Below are positions 12,447-24,744 of a stretch of DNA of 64,000 nucleotides, piece by piece. The stretch comes from Psammoneis japonica (lineage: Eukaryota), in the NCBI GenBank assembly GCA_008632985.1, contig QPGO01000056.1:62001-126000 (forward strand), written 5' to 3'. The notes below the pieces were generated by a model that saw only the letters and a list, made by a program, of their open reading frames with translations, made no database searches and was not told the DNA's origin. Position 1 is the first letter of the stretch. Each line of letters opens with the position of its first letter. The position numbers and the translations under genes are program-made.

Positions 12447-15400
12447 TTGAGAGTGACTCAGCAGCCATGCACTGCAACTGCACTCATTGAAAGTCAATTG
12501 TGGTGGAGACATGCAACAAAAGGATGAGACCATGGAAAACACTGTTTGAACACGCCAATCAACCCATTGACTTCAACCACAAAAATTGAAAACGAATCAG
12601 AGCACGGCATTCAGTCATCTCCCAGTCGGCCCCAATGAGAAAAGTGACGCCCAATGAAGCAACTGGTTTGGAGTCATCAACTGATTGGGTGGCACCCCAC
12701 TTGTTGGGATTGATGGCTGTTTTGGAAAGCACGCAGACATTTGTTGGTTGGTGTGGACATTCATTTATTTTCAATCACGACCATTTGTGGTGAACAGCCA
12801 TGATTTGCATTAAATTGCCTTGATTCATCACAAATGAACATGTGTGCAGGCTCTGACAAACACCATCACAAACAATGTCTGTTGGCATGACCATCAGACA
12901 ATTCATGGAAACGGGCCTCTGATGATGAATGAAAGCAGAATGAAGTGCAAAAAGTGAAAATCATGAGATCAGATTTTGCTCAATCATTTTGGGATTCTTC
13001 GAACAAGTTCTCAATGGCCCAAAGCTTCTGCACTGCTTCTGCAGACCAAAGTCCTTTTGGAGGATGTGTTCATGACAACAGATTGTCCGGATGCAATTGC
13101 TGTTGATGCACAAGATGTCAACATCGTCAAGCAATCGTGTTCACAAATTTCGACATGCAGTCAATTCTGTGTGACTGATCTGTCCTTCACACGACCCATG
13201 GTTGATGTGCAATTGAGAATGTGATGATGTTCAAATGCACATGACAATGCATGTTGCAGCTGTCACCAAAAACACAAAAAGCTGTGCATGAGAAAAACTT
13301 GAAACAAAAAGTCTGACCATTGAAATGGGTGCATTTGTTCTCATTGCACTGGCCTCCTCTCCAGTTGCACAAACCCCAGCACATTGAGCATGGCCCTTCT
13401 GCCTTCTGCAAGGGAAAATGCATGATGACAGGTCCCTTGCTTTCTGTCCGTCTGTGTGCCACCATGGTTCATCCATGACATTTGCATCTGCAGAGCAATG
13501 TTTTTGGCACCAGCACAGAAATGGCACCAAGATCTTGTGTGGACTTGTGAGGGCAAGACTGCAACAGAAGATTGCACATTTGTTTTCTCAACTTGAAACC
13601 TTCACCATGATGCTGGAAGTGTTTTGATGGCCACCGCAAGTGTGTCATGCACTGACAATCAGCTCATTGCATCATTGACCTTCGAAGAATGTCCCACAAT
13701 GCTTGTTTGCTTGAAATTGCACCGAAATTAAAGAGGTTCAGTTGCCAACAATCAGGGAGAAATGTTGAAGCATTCTGAGGGTTCCAACAAGTGGCAACAC
13801 GGCGGGGTTTCGTGTCTGTTCATCTTGTTGAACCGACAGCTGGAACATTGTCTCTTTCAAACATTCAAGGTGAGCCAAAGGTGAACATTGCAATTCAAAA
13901 CAATCCCAAAATGTTGAAATGTGCTTTTCAATTTTCTCACTTTTGATTTCTTCTCTTGTGCACTCTGAAGAAGAAGCAAGAGTGCTCAATTAATTGACAC
14001 TTCTGTTGCAATGTCAAGGTCCAACATTGTCACATGAGAATGCAAGAATGCAAATGTGGTGGATCAACTGCCACATTTGGCACTGCTGGTTTGTTTTTTG
14101 TGCCATTTGACACCAGTTGTTGCACCTGTGATTCCACTCACTGTGCCAAGGAAAGAAAGTGAGAAGGCCTTTTGGTTTTCATTTCATTGTGGTGCAAAGC
14201 TCTTGTGTTGTCGCAAGCACATGCAAGAATGCAAATGCATGGTTTGAAGTGTTTGGTGTTGACTGAATCTTGCTTTGCCTTTTGTTGCATGTTCTCACTT
14301 TCAACATCTTCTCTCTGTGGACTCCGAAGAAAAAGAAGTGAGCACTTGTTTGAAGTTGGCTTCCATTGCAGTGGCAAGCTCTCATGTTGTCAAGTGGACA
14401 TTCACAAATGAGAATGTGTGGGGTGTGTCATGTGCCACCATGTTCATCTGCTTGTTTGTTGCTTCCTGCATTCGACACAAGACGTTGCTCCGATCCAAAC
14501 CAGCCAGTGCCAAGGAAAACACTGAGAAGGCTCAATGGCTTTTGGTTGGTTTTGTGCAGCACAAAGCTCTCATGCTGCAGTTTGGACATGTCAGAATGCA
14601 AACATGGCTTGATGGGTTCCAGTCCCAGGTGGGACTCCGTGTGACATTGGGCCCACAGAATTCTGCGTGCCAGCTCCGCAGCAAATTTATGCTGCAATGA
14701 AAATGTGAATGACCGCCAACAGAAAAAGAGCAATTTTGTGAATGCATCTCCTCCTTTACACTTGCAGCACATCATCAACAGTTTGCCTGGGTGCATTCTG
14801 CAGACATCAAAGAACATGCCCAGCACATTTTCATTCTCATGAATGTTGAAAATAGAAAGTTTTTGGCTTCGCAAAACAGGGGGTGTGAAACAATTTCATG
14901 GAATGCAACACGTGGAAATGCACATGCGCGACATGTGACACAATCCAAAAAACCATTGATGTCACAGTGCAGCAGCACAAGGTTCCACCTGGAGCTGGAA
15001 TGCGTCGCTTGTGCTTTTTGCTGCTGACTGAGTCTTTGCCAAAACAGTTGACAAAGAAAGCGCATCAGCCAGCAGACGAAGATGGCAAAACAGGATTCCA
15101 AAAATGTGTCGGCGACATTCGCAATGGATGGCAGTGTCTCATTGGGGTTGTGTGGCCCAAATGAGAAAACCTTCCAGCAGCCAATCATGCAACTTGCCAG
15201 CACTTTGCATTTTATGTTGGTGGGAAGTTTGGCAATGCAGGGATCTTCCTCCATGTCATCATCCGACTGTTCAAGCTTCTCCCTTTTGCAATGCTCGTTG
15301 TGAAAAACACAATCATTGCTGTTGTCCACATTGGCCTTCTTCAACTTCTTGTGGCTGAGGCATGGTTTTTGACGCAGTTTTTTGTCCACCTGCTTCCTCT

Positions 15401-16686
15401 GAGCGATTTCATTTCGAACAGAGCAGTGGTTGCAGATTGAACCCCAGTGCTTTTTTGCAGATAAAGTGGGACATCTTGTTTCACAGTGGAGCTTGACGTG
15501 CAACCCTTTCAAAGCCAACATTTCAAAATGGTTCTTCATTTCCTTTGAAGACTTGGTTTGCCACCAACTTTCACATGACATCGCCAAAAGGCAGCCACAC
15601 ATGGATCCTCAAATCTTTGGTTGACTTTTCATCATCGCACGTTTCTGGGTTTTGAATGTTGACCAAAGATGCCTTGTGGAATCAGTGCTTGGCATTGCAT
15701 GAATGATCAGCAACACATCCTCCTTCATCAAGTGATTGCTCCCAGCAGTCTTCATTGCTGCGGATCTTCATTGCAACATTCTGATGCTCTGGGCTGGAAT
15801 GAGGCAATGCCAAAACAATGGCAGAGCTCATTGGAGCAATTGTCTCCTTTGCACACAGGGCAACAGTGTTGCCTCTGTCATTCTGCATGAGATGATCCCA
15901 CTCCCAGTGCTTGCGGACATCCACCAGGTCGGAACGTCATGGTGTCCGTGATGTCCTCAAAACCCATCACTCCCATGTGGCAAGACTTCAATGTCTCTTC
16001 TGACAATGGAGACATGCACCCATCTTCTTGACAACACCACAGCAAATGGCTTGGGCAAGTCCAATCAAAAAAGGACAAACACCTTGACTTGACGGCATGA
16101 TTGATTGTCTCTTGTTGCCCATCCCAACCTCCACAACCTGAGACTCTGTCACACAGACGCAATCAACAAGCAGGCCAATGTTTGTCTTGACATGGTGCAT
16201 CAAAACAGCAGCAACATTTTGCTTGTCCTTGATGGCATCCCTCATCAACATTCCTGATGGCACCACAACCAACATCAAGAGTTGCTGGTTCTTGTCCTTG
16301 ATGCATTGGCTTGGTTGCGGTCGATTCTCAGCATTAAATTTTTCACAAAACCAATCGACAACAGTGTCACAGAACATGTCCCATGTTTTGGCACTGTTGA
16401 ACCCATCGAAACCATTCTTGTGATGAAGAACATGAAAGAGAGGGCTCATCTTGTTGGTTCCACGATCTTCCGTGGTCAGGATGCTCAAATCTACAAGACA
16501 ATGAGGGCACGCAAGGGGATCAACTGCATTGTGGAGAGGCACAGTGTGCCAAGTTTTGGCTTTGCCCTGCGGTGGGTGATGTTCCTCAAGTGCCTTGATG
16601 CAATGTTGCTTGAGGGGAACTGCTGCCAACAAGATGCTGCTGGGAGGCCACTTTGGCCAATGTGTCCATGGCAACTGCACTGCTTT

Positions 16687-16945
16687 TGCACTCCTGTTTG
16701 TATGACAAATGCACTCCAGAGAGGGGGCCAATGTCAGTTGCCGCAAAAGTGATGCAGATGAACAGAGGCAGCCTCTGAGGCAGTTCCAGATGCTGGAAAG
16801 CATCAAACAGCATGCTGCACTCCTGCTTGCACAACAAATGCACTCCAGAGAGGGGGCCAACATCAGTTGCCACGAAAGTGATGCAGATGAACAGAGGCAG
16901 CCTCTGAGGCAGCTCTAGATGCTGAAAAGCACAAACAGCAAGCGT
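16687..16945. repeat. Two-copy tandem repeat, 129-bp period
   Basis: caaatgcactccagagagggggccaa...gatgaacagaggcagcctctgaggcag starts at 16706 and at 16835. Confidence 0.9.
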
Positions 16946-19900
16946 CACAGTGAAAACAAACCAAGACAAGTTTGTTCCAGTGGCAACTGCATTCAGAGAA
17001 CATTCGGGCAAACACTTGAGTTTTGTAAAAATTCGAAGGCCCTGGTGCAAAACAACCATAAAACGAGACATGAGAAGCAACCAGAAAAATGCACTCGTGC
17101 GGTGACACACGCAAAAAAAAATGACAAATCGACTTGCCGAATTCGAAAATCGAGAGAGTGTCAGAGCTGCAATCACATTGTGATGACAATGACGTGACTT
17201 TGAAATGAAAGGAACAGAAGGTTCCATGCAACCAAAGGGTGAAGAGAGGGTTGTGGAGAGGTGACAACGGTGTGCTGCGTCATGGGTGGTGTGTGTGTTG
17301 GGTGGACGGCACGTGTTTGCAGAAGTCAGCATTGTTCTGCACATGGCAGAAAAACATTAAATGCCAACTGACATGATTCTTCCTGTGATGCATGATGCAC
17401 CTCAGTTGTTGCAGATGAGCACCAACATCACAAATGCATTGCATCATCGAAATGTTTAATGTTCACAAAAAGCCAAAAAGTGCGAGCTCTGCCGGGTGGA
17501 GACAAAAATGTCTGGCACTGAAAACTGTGCAGAAAATCTAGTGTGGTGAAAAGCGGATCACCTGGAGCTGGAACAGGCCTCTTCCATTTCTCTTTTGAAA
17601 GTGTTGAACCCCACCATGGCCCCGTTTTGCTGCAATGCCACCTTCACCCTTGGGCTCAATGGCATGGCAGCAGATGTTCCTCCCTTCTTCTCATGGCATT
17701 TCTTCCTCATCGTCTTGTGGTTTGAGTGCACGGTCTGTTGTTTGAGAACATGCCTGCCAGTTGGGTCTTGTTGAGTCTTTTCCAGTCCTTTTTCAATCCA
17801 CACTTTCCTGCCAAAAGCTTGACACTTGGAACAATGACTGTCATTTTGCAAATGCTGTGCATTTGATGACATTGCGCTGTCACAACAAAGAATCCATCAT
17901 GTTTTATCATGCATTGCGTGTGTTTGTGTGAGCATTCAAAGCAATTCAATTTTTCATTCAAACACCATTTTTCACCTCTTGAATCAATTTAATCATCCCA
18001 ATGTCATCTTGACAAACTGATGCAAACACAAATTTTAGTTCAACACAAATTTTCTTAACCGTGACAGTTCAGTGAATGCAATGAATTCAATGTCTGCCCT
18101 CTCCAGTGTTCCTCTGTCCACATCCCCAGGGACAATTTGTTTGGTTCCTGACAGGGACAATTGGTTCCAAATCATGTGCTGCACTCATGTTGTTGTCTTT
18201 GTGAAGGCACCTCACAGTGTCGTCAAACCTTGCTCCTGCCAATGACCCAATTGGGTGGCGGGAAGTCTTGCATGATCTTTGACGGTCCTCGTTCCTACGA
18301 AGAATGACCTGCTCCTTCAAACACACCACACGCCAGCTCTCCTCTGCGCGACACATGTGAGGACTGCAAATTTGGATTTGTCCTCCCAAACTGTCTTCTC
18401 CTTGCACAGCAATGGAAGCAGTGTCATCGGATGTGCACCACCTCATGGCTTGCTCCACAATTCTGGGATGGATGAAGCAATGAAGAGACATCATGACTGG
18501 CATGCAAGTTCGGTGGACACCATCTTCATTGGCACAATTTCAGTGACAACACACTGTGTGCAATGGACCAATGATTGCACAGCTGGTGCAATTGCCTGTC
18601 TGGGGAACCCATGGTTGACCCTGTCCTTGGTCGTTCCCAGCTCTGCAATGTGCGCAATCACGTTCCTTTGGCTCAGTTCAAAGCAAGCACTGTCCCTGTC
18701 TGGCATGGTGCAGTGTGACATTGGCTCCTCAAACATCAAATCCAGGCAACTCGGCTTCATGGTGCATGGTGATTTCTCAGTCTGAAGAACTTCCACTCCA
18801 CTTCACCCTGACAAACACAAATGTTTGAGAAGTGCATCACTTGTTCCCTTTGATGTTTGTGTGCATGTTGCAACATTTTGCATCTTGCACAGAGTGAGAT
18901 CACTGCTTTCCTCATGAACCAACATCATTTGAAATTTGCTCCTCACTTTTTGTTGCTGTGGATGCTTTGCAATTTTGGCTCCATCTTCAAAAGCAGCGTC
19001 ATGCAATGAATGTCACACATGAATTCTTGGTGCCATTTTCTTGTTGTGTTGTTTGTGCCATCCACCCTGGTCTTCCCCCCCCTTGGCACAACCCAACACA
19101 ATGATTCCCAACACTGGGTTGTTGCTTTTTGTCATTCATCTTTCTTGTGCCTCATGATGAACAATCACCTGTTGCCCCAACATGGTGGCACCTCCTGCCC
19201 CTGTTGCAAGTGCAGCTTTGTGCAAACTCCACAGCACTTTCATCACCACCCCCACTGTGCCTCTTTCACATGAGAGACTGCTGTGCTGTCTGGTGGAGAT
19301 GCGGTGGCAGCACCCTTGTTGTTTCTTGATGGTGCTCCAGCTGCGGTGCACAATTCGTCCACAAGACTTGCTGATGGATGCATTGGCCAAGATTCTACAA
19401 GTGTCCAGGAAACAACAAGCTTGTGGCAGTCATGCACCCATGCACACACCAGCCCAAAAAACACTTGATGACAGAATGGGTTCAGCACACAGACCTGGTC
19501 AGTCATGGGCAATTGGACCAAGTCAAAAACCATCATTTGTCAAGGGCAGAAAAAAGGCGGTGCACTCTCCGAAACTTTTCTTGGTGCCCGTTGATGCCAT
19601 TGGTAAAAATTGTTGGTGTGTGTGAAGAGCAACCGGGTGTTGCAGAAACACATGAGAAAATGAAACACGTTTGGGTCATTCAAGACAGGAGAACAACGTG
19701 GGCTGGCAAGTTCCACAAGACCACATGACGACAACACTTGGCAAATTAATTTCCATCACTTGTGGAGTTGGTCGTGAAAGCAAACGTCAACATTGGCATG
19801 TGAGACTTCCACACAAGGATGCAAGCATTTCCTTTCACTCACCTGAATCGAGCAAGCTGAGCTGTCATCAAGAACCAATTTGATGTTTTTGCTTGAAACT

Positions 19901-22900
19901 CAGGAAAAGGATTGGCTGGCCACCCCTTCTCGGCAACCCATGGAAGACACCCACTGCATCTTTTTTTTCTGTTTCTGGACAACAGTCTCGGATCTCCTTT
20001 TCCATTGCACCTTCTTGTGTCACAAGCCAAAGCTTCGTTGTGTTCTTTGTGTTGCCAAAGCAATCCATGCCAACAACATTGCAAGGAAATCTCTTGGACA
20101 TCCTGACATTTGGTCCTGCATCAACACTTGCGGTTGGGGCATGAAGCGCTCTCCCACAAAGAAGGGTGAATTCCATCTTTGCCATTGTGAGACACACAAA
20201 GCTCTTGAGAACTCAATGACACCTGGCAAGACTGAGAAGCAGAGGTTGCATTGTTTCAACCCACACTGCAGCACAAAGGCGATGGCAGAGTTTGTCCACC
20301 AAATCATCCACGGTGACAACCTCAATGACCCAACAACGGGCAAGCCTTGTTTCCATTTCCTGAAGTTAAAAAGTCTCCTTAATTGCATGGATGATTGAGC
20401 ACACAATCTTCACACTGCGTGCTGCATCACAGAAATGGTGATGCATCATGTCACCCATCCTCGAGCCAAAGACACATGTCATTGGTTCCTCCAGATTTTC
20501 TGCAATGTCACTGCCCAGAAGGATTGGTGCCTGTTTGTCAACAGCTTTCTCATGCTTCGTGATTTGAACATTGTTGGTTCAGAGGAGGAGGTTGTGAGGA
20601 AGCACCTTCCCTGAACAGGTGACATCAAGGACCTTGTGACAAAGGATGGTGATGCCCTGTCCCTTTGTCTGGCTCACGAAACAAAGAGGTCAATTCCATG
20701 TTGCAAGAAGAATTTGGGGCAGAGAAGCATCCGACCCAGGTGCAGCAAACAACTCACCATGCTGCGTTGCCAAATGTGGCATGACCAGAGGGCTGACTGC
20801 TTGGCAGACAGACCAAAGCATGCCTGCACTTCAAAAACTGAGTGCAAGATTTGATGCGCTTGCAAAGACAGCACCTGTTTGTATGATCCTGGCAAGCACT
20901 TCTGTTTGTTTCTGTTCTTGTGTGTGTTTGCTTCATCTCATCCTGTTGTTGTTTCATCTGCACTGCAGTCTTGCTGCAAGAGCCTTCTTTGACCGTCCCT
21001 TGGAAAATGGCAAAAATCTGCTTCTTCTGTCCCAGCCCCTCCCTCGTCGCCTGGCAATGTTTTGTCACAAAGGGAGTTGCACCGCACCCTCACCTCTGAC
21101 CTTCCCACCTTGTTGGAGAATGTCACTTGTTCTCCACCCACTTCACCCTCCAAAGTTGCTTTAGAGCCCTCCCAAGTTTCCACCAGTGCACCGCTGGATC
21201 CCAACAACACATCATTGCTTGATGTGTCTGTGCTTCGTGAACGATTTGACCCGTCCAAATGCCGCCCTGCCACGTCAGAGGAAGTTGCTGCTCATTTGTC
21301 TAGCCTGCATGCAACAGACTTGGCCGCTGATTCTGAGCATGTGATCCATCACTCTGCTGGTGACTTTTACCTCACAGACAACTTGGCAAACAATTGGCAC
21401 AAATTCTCAAACCAAACTCCAACTGGAGACCCCACGAAGGGCCCTCGTGTCAGAGTCAAGCACCCTGTTGATGTTGAAAACTGCTGTTTGAAGGCACGTG
21501 TTGAAGTTGTTGTTCTGAGCTTGGGTCCAAACAACTCCATGCCAAAACCATTGGCAAAACATTCAATGTCATCAAAAGACACATCATCATCAAACACAAA
21601 GGATGGATTGGGGTCTGCCTTGTCCACCGATGGCATGCAGTTGTTTGACGACGTTGGCACCATGTTTGGTTGATGATTGATTTTGTCATGCAGAATCTGC
21701 ACAATTCATGACAGTGCATTCACAGGCCAAATGGCATTTGGGCAGGGAATGTGCTGTCATGAAATGAGCAGAAAATTGTGCATGTGCAAAAAATGCTGAG
21801 CACTGCGCAGGAAAACAGAGAAAGGAAGTTTGGGAGGAATGAGAGGAGCAAACATGGAGAAAACACATGCGTGGCAGCAAGTTCATGTGACACGAGCAAG
21901 GTGTGCAGAGGGCAATCACCACCGTGAGCAGGAACGTTGCACTGAAAAAGAAGTTCAATCAAAAACCATTTGACTTTCAAACACATGCTTGCTGTTCAAC
22001 GGGAAACAGACGTGCATTTTGGAGACATTTTGATGTGGAAAGTCATTTGGCAAATGCAACTAAATGCAGCAAACAAAATGACAGATGATTTGATGTTGAT
22101 TTGGTTTTATCAAATGATTTTGCTTGTGCCATTGCACAATGAATTGAATGACATCACAACAAATGGACAAATGTTTGCATGCAAAAATGGAAACCACAAC
22201 ATTCCCGCCTCTGATGTGGAAGGATTGCCTTCTTGTCTGCCTTGCAGCCAAATCTTGCGTGGACATCATTGGGTGGCTCATCTGGATGAATGAGAATTTG
22301 GACAACAAGCATGCTGCAGTGTTTGAAGATCCACTGGGCATTCCAGATGCAGGTCCCTTTGATGCAACATTGTTGTTGTTCAGTGCATCTGTCAAATGGG
22401 AGATCCCAACAGAGCCTGAAGCACTGAATGATGCTGTTTGTTGCTTGGGAGCACAAGCTGGTGGGTGATTGGCATTGGAGAACTTGTTTCAATCCCTGCA
22501 CATGTGGTTCATTGCAGGGTAAAAGCAGAGATGTGAGACACAAATGATGACATTGATCTTGGTGCATTGACTCTTGAGAGCTTGCTCAATTTTGTGGTCC
22601 ATCATCTTTCTGGACAAAATGCGGTGCTGCTTGATCCATTGAGCTGGAACTGGCAACCTTGAAAGACATTTTCTTCAAGAGCAACGCAGCAACTGGTGGT
22701 GCACTGGCAGGGTCAAGAGTCACCAGGACAATGAGTTCTTGAAAAATGCACTCCTGAAGCAAGTTGATCATGCTGTCCTTGGATTTTGCATGTTTGGAGT
22801 CATCAAAAAATTGATTGAGATCAACAATGATGCCACCATGAAGATTGTTGAAGTGCTTTGTGACCTCATTGTGAAGAGATCATGTTGTGCATTGTGCAAA

Positions 22901-23529
22901 GACAACAGAGATCTTGTCAGTGTGGTCAAAAAATGGGCTTTTTGGGGGTCAAATGCACCAGTGTTTCTGAGGTGTGCAAAATTTTTAGTCATGCACATGC
23001 AGAAATCTGGTGCTGTTCTGCAGAGCCTGTGTGCCGATGCAAAAATTGCTTTCAGGATCAAAAATGGTGGCAGGCTTGTTCAGCTCTCCCCACACAAGCC
23101 AAGCAAATCATGGAGGGGGGAGTTGCAACACAGGCCCACAACCTGACAGAGTGCCAATGGCAAGAGCGACAAGCCAAAGGGTTCCCTGCAAACTGGTGAC
23201 AGTGGACAACACTTGCACCTGGCAAGAAAGAGTGAGAGAAGCAGATCTCAAAGGATCTGGCTGGCTGATTGTCTGTCTAAAACCATCTGCCCATCATCCA
23301 CACACAGCCCAACTGCACACTGCAGCTCACCTTGAGACAACCAGACAGATGAAACCAACATGACAACACAGTTGCCCGATGCAACCCAACTCAAGAAAGG
23401 ATCTAAAAGATGTGAAGAACAAGCAATCTGTTTGCAATTGTTCCATTGTGATGCAATGCATGCCACTCCAACACAATTCATTTGGTCCCCACGAGCGAAC
23501 CAATGCCAAAACAAACACCAAACCGGACC

Positions 23530-24300
23530 CCCCATGCTTTCCCAAACAACACCTTTGCCAACTGATCAGCCAACTTTGTGCCCCCATCCTCTTTCCCAGC
23601 TCAAACAATCCATGCCACTGCTGTCTCTTGCACTGCATGACAGCCAACTGCACTGTGCTTCTTGAGCAAAACTGACTCTGGTGTTTGCTCACATTCTTGA
23701 TGACTCCATGGTTGTCACAGAACACACTCATTGTGCCACTGGCATGCCAAAACATGACAGCTTGTGCCATGAAGCCATGACCAGCTCCTCACAAACTTGC
23801 AATGCAATGAACTTGCTTCCAAGTGTCACCAACTCTGCTGCACTCTGTCTCTTGCTGAGCCAAATGATCAGATTGTTCCCAACAAATGGGATGACACCTG
23901 CGCATGTGAACAACAAGTTACAATGTTCCCAGCAGCAGCTTGTGACAGTGGGCACTTCTTCTCATTTGAATCACAAGCAATGTCCTTGATGGTGTGAAGC
24001 AACACAGCAAAATCACTGACCTTCTTGGCTGCAACATGTCCAATGCCATTCTCAGCTTAATTGTTGGCTTGCCATGTTGCCCCATGACAATTGCAAACAC
24101 CTTGGCCTTCTGATCTTTGCAATGCTCCTCCAAACTGCCTTGTCCTTTTCTGCATTGCTGCTCATTGGACAGTCAGGTTCTTCAGGTGTCAACTCCTCCA
24201 ACTGCAAGACTCGTTGTCTTTGTGTGCTGATCAGCTTGTTTTCCAATGTCTGTCATTCCATGCATGTGATCCTTGAGCTCAGACATGTTTGTCTTGTCTT
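23530..24300 (-). mobile_element. Ty1/Copia (diatom CoDi-like) remnant: RNase H plus a possible gag fragment
   Basis: GVIPFVGNNLIIWLSKRQSAAELVTLGSKFIAL, VFCDNHGVIKNVS and GKEDGGTKLADQLAKVL match the Copia RNase H C-terminus. KAKVFAIVMGQ upstream resembles gag. Confidence 0.82.
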
Positions 24301-24744
24301 CCCATGCTGTGGCCACAGCATAAAATGAGTGACCAGTCAGCTTTGATGGAGTCAAGGACATTGGAGATGCAGTGCTGGAAAGGCATCACTGTTCCATTTT
24401 AAATCATCAAAGTACAGAATGCATCAATCATCCCATCCTTGTTGTGGAAGAACATCCCAGAATCCATGAAACAATTGAAGACAAAGGTTGTTGCAACATG
24501 ACTGAACTGATAATTTTTCACCGTGCAATGCTTTTCGTGGCATAACACTTTCGCGAGCTAGAGGCTTACGGCATGCATGTCACTACAATTACAGCATGGA
24601 GCTTCCCCAAAATGCCTGGCACAACACTCTCATTATACTAGTTATTGGGCAATGGCCCATCACAATATTTTCTTTCTTTCCAAATAAGACGCTGGCTTCA
24701 TATTCATCTCAACAAAAACTGTGTGATCTCTCATACATGGCACT

